From contig OX597831.1 in NCBI GenBank assembly GCA_951406725.2, forward strand, positions 74,524,001 to 74,588,000: DNA of 64,000 nt, written 5' to 3'. Within the stretch, counting starts at the first letter, position 1. The number at the start of each line of letters is the position of its first letter. The notes below the pieces were generated by a model. It worked only from the letters and a program-made list of their open reading frames with translations. It was not told the origin of the DNA and searched no databases. The DNA comes from Octopus vulgaris. Lineage: Eukaryota. The position numbers and the translations under genes were made by a program. Of the stretch, positions 52,734-64,000 are shown piece by piece.

Positions 52734-53788
52734 TGTGTGTGTAAGTAAAAATTAATGGGTGCGTGCGTTACATCAATAATATATTTCAGGGTTAAATAAA
52801 GAGACAACAAACGGAAAATGTGACCCACCTATATTATACAAATAAAAAACACGTAGTGAATAAGCAAACGAACATATACTAAATACACAGGCTGACCAGA
52901 AAACATAGGTCACCAATTTTTCATCAATTATCAGGCAGAAGGTCAAACGCAATTTCGACCATTATCGATAATATTGCCTCTACTCTGGAGGAACAGACAA
53001 GAAACTTGTCGGGAATGGGACCTAACGTAATGAAAGGAGACGGGTTCGAGACAAAACGATTAACAGAATAAAGTCTTAGGGTCACACGTAGACAACAATT
53101 CATACATACATATATACATATATATGAGTGTGTGTGTGTGTGTGTGTGTATACACATATATGCAAATATAGGTGCAGGAATAGCTGTGTGGTAAGAAGCT
53201 TGCTTCCTAACTCCACATTGTTCCGAGTTCAGTCCCACTACGTTGCACCTTGGGCAAGTGTCTTCTACTATAGCCCCGGGCCTTGTGAGTGGATTTGGTA
53301 GATGTAAAGGTAGATGTAGTTTCGCATCTCTCCTTTAAAAAATGCATTAAAAAAAAACTTCGGATTCCGACGTTTTAGATGTCGGAGATTACGAATATGC
53401 GCAAAAAAAATTATATTTTATTCCCACCCCCCACCCTCAATTAAAAATTTTGATTTTGTTTATTTTAAAGAGATCGTAGCGAATTGACGAACATTTGCAA
53501 ATCGAAATTAAAAACAGACAAAAACAGTAAAGTGAAGAAACTGGTGTTGGCCTTAATCGTAAATAATTATTAAAGGAAATAAAATATACATCCTTTTATG
53601 AGAAACAAACAAATTTCACCCCCTCCCCCAATATTACATTTTGAACTTTTTCATCCATTTATTTATTTGTCTGTCTATCTATCTATAAAATATATTTGTC
53701 AACTAAATGTGGGGGTTCTATAGAAGACGGAGTTACTATTGTTTTTTTGTCCCAGGAAGACATTCATATTTATCTATCTATCTGTCTG

Positions 53789-53850
<62 letters not shown>

Positions 53851-53856
53851 CATCTA

Positions 53857-53912
<56 letters not shown>

Positions 53913-53980
53913 TCTGTCTGTCTGTCTGTCTGTCTGTCTATATATCTGTCTGTCTGCCTGCCTGCCTGTCTGTCTATCTG

Positions 53981-54049
<69 letters not shown>

Positions 54050-54056
54050 TTATCTA

Positions 54057-54228
54057 ACGGGAAGCTTTATGAAAATAAACAAAAGACGAAGGCAGGTGGA
54101 ATACAAACAAACAATTGTATTAGTATGTCGCTCAGGAATATAAATAAAACAAGTCTTTTACGTTTCGAGCCTACGCTCTTCAACAGAAAGATACACAGAA
54201 AAGAAACACGGAGAGAAACAAGGAGAGT
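54057..54228 (-). mobile_element. Penelope-type terminal repeat with hammerhead-like motif (54154-54191)
   Basis: rc TCTTT-CTGTTGA-A-GAGC-GTAG-GCTC-GAAA-CGT-A-AAAGA; near-identical to 43330-43487. Confidence 0.65.
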
Positions 54229-54247
54229 CTGTCTGTCTGTCTATCTA

Positions 54248-54510
<263 letters not shown>

Positions 54511-54907
54511 GCTGGGGTCAATTGCTTCGACTAAAAACCCTTTAAGGTTGTGCTCCAGCATGGCCGCAGTCAGAATTACTGAAACAAGTAAAAGAATATA
54601 TTTACATTAAGTCTATGTCTGGTCAGAGAGTGACCAATGGTTTCGCATCCGTAAAGCGCTTGTCAGATCCAATGGCCACGGGCATATAACCTCTCTTTAA
54701 ACTACCGGGTGTGCTTCCTTTTCGGATATATGATCCACTGACAATACACACACACACACACACTCACACACACTCACACACATACACGACAGAAGTAAAT
54801 AGATACCCCATAAAATATCGTTTTATGCTTATTCTAACTTGTAAAGGTTTATATTTTCTATGAACTGACATTTTTATGTCTCAGGTTCTATATGCGACTG
54901 TTTAATC

Positions 54908-55111
54908 ATGCCATGTTCAAAAGAAGTCTTGGAAGTTTCTGAATTTCTAAGTGGCCGTATTGAGGGTCATTCTGAAGGTGGACATAGCCAGCAGAAAATC
55001 GCAGAAAACCTTGGAATCACGCTTTCTACATTTAATAGAGTAATTGTGCAATTCACCAGAGAGGGGGAAGGAGTCTATATCACCTCGCCCAGATCAATCA
55101 GGGCCCTCTGA
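54908..55111 (+). pseudogene. Tc1 transposase N-terminal HTH relic
   Basis: EVSEFLSGRIEGHSEGGHSQQKIAENLGITLSTFNRVIVQF resembles the Tc1 paired-like HTH; truncated by SINE-B. Confidence 0.7.
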
Positions 55112-55627
55112 CAGGACCCTGCTCTTTGCTGTGTGCGTGTATATGTGAGTCTGTGTTTGTCCCCCCGATGTTGGTGTGTTTACGACCCCCGTAACTTAGC
55201 AGTTCGGCAAAAGAAAACGATAGAATAAGTACTAGGCTTACAAAGAATAAGTCCTGGGGTCGATTCGTTCGACTAAAGGCGGTGCTCCAGCATGGCCGCA
55301 GTCAAATGACTGACACAAATAAAAGAAATGAAATAATATTGGCCTTTATTTTTATTTTTATTTTGTTAAATTCAAGACGTACACCCCCCTACACACATAC
55401 ACACACAAACCCCTTCTATTTAAATGACGTTATTGTATGAGATTGAAAGGCAGTATGGAAGAGCAGAAACAGTCTGCAACGTCAGCGAAGAATTGGCTGA
55501 AAGACCGTTAATAAATCTTCTGTTTAACATTGGTTCCAAAAAGTTTCATAAAGGAGTCGAGAGCCTTCAAGATGGGGAAAAAGTTGGTGTCGTTCGTCTA
55601 GGCGAATGCCTTCTACTGCATATAATC

Positions 55628-56217
55628 CTTTCTACTTAAGGCATAAGACCTGACATTTGGGGGGAGGGGGCCAGTCGATTAGATCGATCCCCGTACGCAA
55701 CTGGTACTTAATTTATCTACCCCGAAAGGATGAAAGACAAAGTCGACCTCGGCGGAATTTGAACTCAGAACGTAGCGGCAGACGAAATACCTATTTCTTT
55801 ACTACCCACAAAGGGCTAAACACAGAGGAGACAAACAAGGACAGACAAATAGATTAAGTCGATTACATCGACCCCAGTGCGTAACTGGTAGTTTTTTAAT
55901 CGACCCCGAAAGGATGAAAGGCAAAGACGACCTCGGCGGAATTTGAACTCAAAACGTAGCGGCAGACGAAATACCTATTTCTTTACTACGCACAAGGGGC
56001 TAAACACAGAGAGGACAAACAAGGACAGACAAATGGATTAAGTCGATTACGTCGACCCCAGTGCGTAACTTGTACTTTATTTAATCGACCCCGAAAGGAT
56101 GAAAGGCAAAGTCGACCTCGGCGGAATTCGGCAGACGAAATACCGCTAAGCATTTCGCCCTGCATGCTGACCATTCTGCCAGCCCCCTCCCCACATACAC
56201 ACACACCGCACCGCCTT
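55628..56217 (-). mobile_element. SINE-C trimer with 17-bp TSD
   Basis: TTCTACTGCATATAATC at 55611-55627 and 56218-56234. Confidence 0.9.
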
Positions 56218-56359
56218 TTCTACTGCATATAATCGATCATAGGATCACCTTGTGAGTGAATTCCGTAAAATGAAACTGCGATCGATTAACTCGACCAAAA
56301 CTTTCTTTAATGCAGTGCTCCAGTATGGCTGCAATCCAGTAGTAGTAGTAGCAGCAGCT

Positions 56360-56408
<49 letters not shown>

Positions 56409-56524
56409 AGGTAGTAGTAGTAGTAGTATGAGCAGCAGTAGTAGTAGTTGTATGAGCAGCAACAGCAGCAGTAGTAGTAGTAGTTGTTGTATGAGCAGCA
56501 GCAGTAGTAGTAGTAGTAGTAGTG

Positions 56525-56579
<55 letters not shown>

Positions 56580-56916
56580 AACTGTGTCGCTACATCCACA
56601 ATTTGTTGGTGACTCCTTAACACTGTTGGTGGACGACAACTCTGCACCACTCACGTGACGACCCTCCAACCCATGGGTTTTTTTGGGTGGTCGTTGCAGG
56701 TGAGGGTTTCACGAGGCTGGAGTGCTAAGTTAGCCTCAGCCCCTTTTAGACGCCTTTTATGATGACACGCAGCGGAAATGTTGGGTCCCTTCTTTTGGTG
56801 AGCTGGAAACCCACAATGTGTGTGCAGTCCAATCCCTGAAACAAAACTAGTAAAAGTGTGTGTATGTATGTATGTATGTATGTATGTATGTATGTACGTA
56901 TGTATGTATGTGTGTA

Positions 56917-56952
<36 letters not shown>

Positions 56953-57063
56953 CGGCTGTTCACGCGCTACAGCATGTGTAAGTACTTGCATTTACGTATA
57001 TGAACGCCAAGTTATGCTATGCTATGCTATGGGCCCTTGATTCCTAAAGAGTGTGTGTGTTTG

Positions 57064-57114
<51 letters not shown>

Positions 57115-57349
57115 ATGTACGTATGTATATTTTTTTTCTAACAACTTGCAGATGCACGCGTTACTAGTTGAAAGTTCCGCACAGCAGATGCTAGCAAGTT
57201 TATGGGGTCATCACGAGAGAATGCGCGCCACTTCGGGGCCTTCTTCTCGACGCCTTTATTGTGCTTCCCTCCTCACTGTGTTGGGGCCTGTTTTCTAAAT
57301 GAACTGGTTACTCAGTTTCGCTCAATATTCTTTTAGCCATTTCTCATCG

Positions 57350-59120
57350 CCTCTTTTTAACCAAATCCAGTGTTTTTCCTTCTCCACTTAAGTCCGAATA
57401 TGATTGTATTTGCTTTACGATGAGTTTGGCCGAGGACAACCACAATTACCTCACACTGTGTCCAATGAACTTCGATTGGATAATGCTCTGCTTTCCAGCC
57501 TGCGTCTTTACATTCCTCGAGGAGGTTTTTTATAACGGTCGATCTTTCGAGTCCGCGCGGCGTCCATTTTATCTTCATGAGGAATCGTTAACTCGACTCG
57601 ATTTACTACTTTCTTTCACGCCATTTAATAATGTCTGGTTTCTTCGTAAATAGAATGAGGAAGAATCCTTGGCACCCCGGTAAATCTGCAGTCATCCCCC
57701 AATAGCCGTTCCACTTTTCATCGGTCTCAGGAAGTTTCTTTTTCTTCTTCAAACGGATCTACTGTCTTGAACGCACGAAGGTAATGAAATCTCTGATTGG
57801 TTCCTTCTATGATTTTTTCGTTTTTTTATTTTTTTTTTTTGCCACTGTTGATGAGAGCAATTTAGTTTTTTTATAGCATTGAAGAAGTCCTTAAGGACCG
57901 GACTGTGAACAGTTGGAAACAATATGCTTCAGTGTTCCAGCTTCCCCATATCTGCATTTATCGTTCTCTGATATGTTCCACCTTATTAAGTTTGTAGGCG
58001 ACTGCAACGCTTCGTAGGATGTACGAGCCAGAACACTCAAATTAGAAGTACTTCACTTCCATATTTCATTCCAGCTTATTTTCCTCCCAATAACGTCTTC
58101 CACCCATCTTGTCACCTGTCCTTGCTGAGAGTATTGAATCAAATGGAGCTCTCTTCTCTGTTTTCCTTCATTTGACGCTGTCGCTAACAACAAATCTGCG
58201 TTCGTTCCGCGTCATGCTCCCAAACGGACTGAACCAGATCCAAGTCCTCTCTGATCAATTTGCGTGGCATCCACCATATTTTCTCACAACATCGCAGTGT
58301 GTAAGTGAAGACAAGATGTTATCAGTCTCTACTTCTGTTCTCCATTTCCTGGCCGTTTTTACATCTGCTGGATAACACCTGATTTCTATATCTTTCGACT
58401 CTCTCAGCATCATCACCGTTCGTACCTTCCCTAAATTATAAAATTCGACGATTGACGCCTGTGGTAACTGCAATGAGCCCCTTTTATGATAAAGAGCTGA
58501 GCTGTTCAATATCCAAAGTTGGCCTAATCGCTCTCTAATGAACACATTGCACTTTTTCTCAATAATTTGAACTCGTGACAGTGCCATCCGAGTATTAAAG
58601 TGGCCACGAAAGGTGCGGATATAAGCCGAACTGTAAGCACCATATTTTATACTTCCCTGGCAGCTTCGAACCGTCAAATGCTGTTCATCCTCGGCTTGTT
58701 TCATAATCTACATCCTGTGACTCCTATCTGACAATGTTCCAGCGTATATACACTGCAAGCCCTTAACAGCTTCTTCTTTGACTGTTGGATTGCTTTCTCC
58801 TGCTATTGTCATTTTCACTTTCTGCATTCCCCAGTAAACGTTAGACTACGCGACTCTTTCGCTCTGAATCGAACCCTTGACTACTATACCAGTTTTTCTA
58901 GCCTTTAGAGGGCACTCAGCATGATCTGCTGTCTATCGATAGAAGCGCCAGGTCATCCACGAAGGCCTTTTCAGGTGATTGTATATGGATCATTTGTTCT
59001 GAAAAGTTTGTCGCTTTCAAAATCATTTCCGTGAACAAGGATAAGTCAACCACGTGAGCCATTGTTCTGCCAGCAGCAATGCCAATCTCCAGGCGGTGCC
59101 AATCTGTTGTAACGTTACTG

Positions 59121-59157
<37 letters not shown>

Positions 59158-59260
59158 GAACTGCAAGAATTTTTCGCAGGTTTCTAGACGCATGACCAGG
59201 AAAAAGTGTCACCTTAGTCTGCTGGCTGAGGACGGCTGACACTTTCTATAATACCCAGAA
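57350..59260 (-). pseudogene. RLE-type non-LTR element (Hero/NeSL-like), degenerate
   Basis: KAFVDDLALL (RT), CRYGEAGTLKHIVSNC (degenerate CCHC), KPDII, ELTIPHE, GWKAEHYPIEV. Confidence 0.8.
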
Positions 59261-59281
59261 AAATAAGTTGTGAGTTTTCAT

Positions 59282-59319
<38 letters not shown>

Positions 59320-59344
59320 AATAATAATAATAATAATAATAATA

Positions 59345-59760
59345 ATCGTTTAACGTCCGCTTTCCATGCTAGCATGGGTTGGACGATTTGACTGAGGACT
59401 GGCGAACCAGATGGCTGCACCAGGCTCCAATCTGATCTGGCAGAGTTTCTACAGCTGGATGCCCTTCCTAACGCCAACCACTCCAAGAGTGTAGTGGGTG
59501 CTTTTACGTGCCACCAGCACGAGGGCCAGTCATGGGGTACTAGCAACAGCCACGCTCAAATCGTATTTTTTACATGCCACCTGCACAGGAGCCAGTCAGC
59601 GGCACTGGCAATGACCTTGCTTGAATGTTTTTTTCCCATACCACCGGCACAAGTGCCAGTAAGGCGATGCTGGTAACGATCGCGCTCGAATGGTGCTTTA
59701 TACGTGCCACCGGCATGGAAGCCAGTTAGCTGCTCTGGCAACGATCATCAGGCCGGTCAT
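59345..59760 (-). mobile_element. RTE-type 3' end with diverged repeat units
   Basis: Reverse complement of the 16760-16925 tail plus several TTTTACGTGCCAC units. Confidence 0.8.
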
Positions 59761-59849
59761 TTGTTTGTTTATCTACTCTTAGGGAACCTGTTATAGTTAC
59801 AAGAACTAATCAGTTACTTGAGAGACTAGTGATGAAACAATATATTCAT

Positions 59850-60580
59850 CATAAGTCTTCAGAGACTGTGAAGCTGTTGGAAGTTGATGCTCCATAGATA
59901 TAAGTGTTTGGAAAATGATAATAATGTCCAGAGGGGAATATTTGAACCGCGGGAACCTTAGGAATGAGCCGGTGCCTCCGCTGTGCCGCATCTATAATAG
60001 AGTGGATGAAACCGTTGCTCATATCACGAACGAATGGCCAAGACTTGCCCACGATCAGGTAGCCGAAGTGCTACACTGGAAACTGCAAAAAGTGAGGGCT
60101 ATACAGATGCATGATGTGGTATGAGCACAAACCGCAGAGTTTGGATTTCCCAATCCAAATAGATCAGGTGCTAAAGCATAACAGACCGGACCTGGTAGTG
60201 GTGGACAGGGTGCACCACATGTGCTATCTAGATGATGCTGCATGTCCCTTTGACTCACGAAAAAAATCGATAAGTATGAAATATCCCGGCTATGGAAAAT
60301 GAAGAAGGTGAGATGGTGCCAATTATTGTTGGGTCCTTGGGAACAGTATCAGAAGGCAACAAGGGGAATATAAAGGAAATTGGAAAAGAGTGGCCAGAAG
60401 AACTGTTACAAAAGGTTTGCCTCTTTGGTATGGCCAGAATAATCAAGAAAGTATTGGATAGCTGAGAAGGATGGATAGCACGGTACCATAGGCTGCAGGT
60501 AGTAAACCCGCTACGCATACAAGACTCCAGGAGTTCCAGTAAAATCTATGATGAAGAGAAAATAATAAAAATAATAATAA
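59850..60580 (+). pseudogene. R4/Dong-like LINE 3' fragment, degenerate
   Basis: PLCRIYNRVDETVAHITNE, HDQVAEVLHWKL, HNRPDLVVVD, PIIVGSLGTV, LLGMARII; TAA-like tail. Confidence 0.8.
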
Positions 60581-61220
60581 TTCTAGGATGGAATTTATAA
60601 ATATTTAATATATCGCAACGCCATATGTGTGTGTGTGTGTGTGTGTGTGTGTTTGTCACCCCGACATCGCTTGAAAACCAATGCTGGTATGTTTACGTCC
60701 CCGTAACTTAGCGGTTCGGCAAAAGAGACCGATAGAATAAGTACCAGGCTTACAAAGAATAAGTCCTGGCGTCGATTTGTTCGACTAAAGGTGGTGTTCC
60801 AGCATGGCCGCAGTCAAATGACTGAAACAAATAATAGAATATATATATATATATATATATATTGTGTGTGTATATATATATATATATATATGTACACGCA
60901 CACAAACACACACATGTGTATATATAGAACTGGAAACAAAGAAGCAGTCAAGAGTAGAGTTTAATAATATAATAGGGACAAGCATTTTTCACAGCACACA
61001 AACAGCAGAGACGCATAAAACACATGATACGGTTAGAATCTTCTTTTCCTTTGATCTAATTTGATATCAAAAACTTTGAGAGAGGGGGGGAGAGAGGGGG
61101 GAGAGAGAGGGAGAGAGAGAAGTAGAAAGAGAGAGAGTGAGAGAGAGAGAGAATGGGAGAGTTTTTGAGAACTGGTTTTTCAAAGTTCTGATTGTTTTGT
61201 CTTTCTTTAAAAACACACTG

Positions 61221-61276
61221 ACAACTAGCTTGCGTGGACCGGTGCTAACCGGATCGAAGCGATTTTAGCTCACCAG

Positions 61277-61312
<36 letters not shown>

Positions 61313-61482
61313 GTTATACGTACGTATGTGTCTTTTTGTGCACGTGTGTATGGATATACACTTATATATAGATAGATAGATATTTATGTAGGTGTATGGA
61401 AGCGGTAAACAACCAGCTTGTGCGAACCTGTGCTAACTGGATCGGAATGGTTTTAGCTCCCCATTGTACACACAAACGCACA

Positions 61483-61514
<32 letters not shown>

Positions 61515-61530
61515 GTTGTACGTGTGTGTT
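61221..61530 (-). repeat. ~185-bp tandem duplication with Helitron-like 3' end
   Basis: rc CCGGTTAGCACCGG hairpin then CTAG|T at 61225; second diverged unit from ~61408. Confidence 0.5.
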
Positions 61531-62099
61531 ATGTCATTTTACGCACGTGTGTTTTGATATTCTATGTAGGTATGTGTATCCGCTGCACGTTTATGTTCGA
61601 ACACATTGAACGAAATAACGAAAGAAGGGAAAAATCTTTGTAATATTTCTAAACAGTACTTTTTTTTTTTTTTTTTTTCTGAACAATTTCTCCCAAGAAA
61701 TTCCAGGTAATTCATCAAGTCCTGGACACGATTTGATATCAACAACTATCTACTTAACTGGAATGTGGGGTGGTCCCTATCCTTTCTACTATTGGCACAG
61801 GGCCTGGAATTTCGGGGTGAGGGGCCTAGGCGAGTGCATCGACCCCAGTGCTCGACTGGTACTTATTTTATCGATTTCGAAAGGATGAAAGGCAAAATCG
61901 ACCCCGGCAGAATTTGAACTCACAACATAAAGACGGACGAAATACTGCTAAGCATTTTACCCGACGTGCTAAAGATTGTGCCAGCGGACCCATAACGGCT
62001 GAAGTTTCCACAACAGATATCGATCTCGCATCACATCCCAACATTCGGACAAAACTTCTTCACCATAACTGGCTCTGCTCTCTTCAACACCATACCAAG

Positions 62100-62520
62100 A
62101 CACACCAGAGAAGAGAAAGATGCCATATTTCACTAAAGCATTGAAGAAGTTGTTGGATGGTTGTTATACGATGATGCTTCGAATGGCACTCAATGTCTCC
62201 TGGAAAAGTCATATAACAAACGCCGACCTATACCAGGAACTACCAAAAGTAATATTGAAGACACAGCATTGAAGGATGAGGCTAGATGGACACTGCATCA
62301 GACACAACGATGAAATTGCTAACAAGCGAGTGCTATGGCAACCAACGGAAGGAGGAAGACGACCGGTATTGGACAACTTGCTGGAGGATACTGGAATGGA
62401 ATGGGTACAGGAGGTGAGGACCATTATGGGAGATCGAGATGAAGGGGGGAAAATGTGTGGAAACTGTCTTGGGGCGTCCTGTAGGACGACCAAGATAGAT
62501 AGAATATTTAAATGGTTCCT
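62100..62520 (+). pseudogene. RTE-type LINE fragment
   Basis: LDGCYTMMLRMALNVSWKSHITN, RLDGHCIRH..VLWQPT. Confidence 0.7.
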
Positions 62521-62744
62521 GGACAAATCTCTCCACTAAATCCCAGATAAACCATCTGCACCCAGCTATATCTCTGCAAACAATGACACTTTTCTCCGAA
62601 GGGCTACAATGCCCAAACAATGACTATAGTATGAAACTTTATTAAAAGTCTTTTACAGGTGGTGCTATTAACTTAGGCATGGCCTTGGTCAATGCTGGCT
62701 GAGATCTATCTAAAAATCTTAAGTGTGTGTATGTGTGTGCGCGT

Positions 62745-62784
<40 letters not shown>

Positions 62785-63685
62785 AGAGATGCATTGGCTT
62801 AGTGGTCAGCGTTGGACCCATGATGGTAAGATTGTGGGTTGTATTCCTGGACAGGGTGACGCGTTGTGTTCTGCTCCAGTCCACTTAACCGGTAAAGATG
62901 AATAATCCTGCAACGACCAGCGTCCTGTACAGAGGGAATAAAACCCCACGAAAGCCGGCAAATCGGCCCTAAGGATCTCCTTTTCTCTTTTCTTGCCTCT
63001 GATTCTTTGGTCTACTCTTCCCCCACTCTCTCACATTTCTCTGTCTTTCTTACTTTGCACTCACAAGTCAATCCTTGACACGCACTCTTTCTTCTCCCCT
63101 CTTTAATTCCTTCTTTTTCTCTCTTCTCCCCCCTTTGTTGCCTTCGTCCCTCTTTTTCTCTCTCTCTTTGTTTCCTTTGCCCCCTTTCTTTTCTCTCTCT
63201 TCCGTCACGTGACTGCTGGTCAAATCAGCCTTTTGGCCTCCGACCACTGCCGTGAGAACATCGTTGTCTTCGTCTGCCGAAAAAGGCATTATTTCCAAAT
63301 ACGCCAGCTAAACTTGTACTGTTTACTAGTCGTAAGACACCCGCTGTTTTCGACCTGTTTTTACCATTATTGTTTTTTTATATTACATTATTGTGTTTTG
63401 TATTTTATATTCGTGTGGCATCGTCCGTTTTTCTGTCCCTGTTTCGTATACATTCGATCCTTCTTCCAAGAAATCTAATACTCGTAGTTTAGTTTTTCCT
63501 TGGGGCTGGCCGGATCGGAGCGATCTCAAGATTAATCAGCCGAAATTGCTACGATGATCCGGTTCTTGACTGAAGATTGAAGGCTTCGAATGTCCCGTCC
63601 GTGTTTTTTGTATCGTCTTCTAAATGTTTTACGTTCTTGTCCCAGTTTGTATTTTTCTACATATAATATAATATATATATATATG

Positions 63686-63990
63686 GGGCAGTGGTTAGGG
63701 CGTCGGGCTCACAATCATGAGGTAGTGAGTTCGATTTCTAAACTGGGCTGTTTGTTGTGTTCTTGAGCAAGACTTTATTTCACGTTGCTCCAGTTCACTC
63801 AGCTGTAGAAATGAGTTGCGATGTCACTGGTGCCAAGCTGTATCGGCCCCTTTGCCTTTCCCTTGGTTAACATTGGTGGCGTGTAAAAGGAAAGGTGGTA
63901 TCCATGGGCGACTACTGGTGTACCATAAACATTTTTGACTAGACTTGTGCCTCGGAGGGTAACTTTCTAGTCCAATCCCATGGTCATTTA
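63686..63990 (+). mobile_element. older tRNA-derived SINE (related copy 62790-62975)
   Basis: GCAGTGGTTAGG..GAGTTCGATT head then GTGTTCTTGAGCAAGAC..GCTCCAGTTCACTCAGCTG core-like segment. Confidence 0.6.
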
Positions 63991-64000
63991 AGAAGAGGAT

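Noticed and set aside
55424-55620. 71-aa ORF, faintly like a mariner transposase C-terminus
   Set aside because: Similarity too weak to call; ORF runs into a SINE

Overview
Eukaryotic, AT-rich, repeat-saturated non-coding DNA. The SINE/LINE repertoire and microsatellite density point to an octopus (coleoid cephalopod) intron or intergenic region; this is inferred, not proven. I find no intact host protein-coding gene: nearly all listed ORFs are microsatellite translations. Supportable features are an intact tRNA-Thr(TGT), a degenerate tRNA-Phe(GAA), three tRNA-derived SINE families (labelled A/B/C here), 5'-truncated LINE relics (L1/Tx1, CR1/L2, RTE, R4/Dong-like, Hero-like, Penelope GIY-YIG), non-autonomous Helitrons, hAT and Tc1/mariner MITEs and a Tc1 transposase relic. 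Three signals stand out. (1) Several type I hammerhead-ribozyme motifs of Penelope type, including a 2.5-kb palindrome/tandem structure carrying four half-ribozymes and bracketed by two complete, outward-facing ribozymes. (2) SINE-C has a 3' tail matching the 3' end of the local Tx1-like LINE and appears to insert into its own head, building concatemers. (3) Several retroelements sit in specific microsatellites (TCTA, TAA, TACA). Coordinates were read by eye; boundaries of degenerate repeats are approximate.
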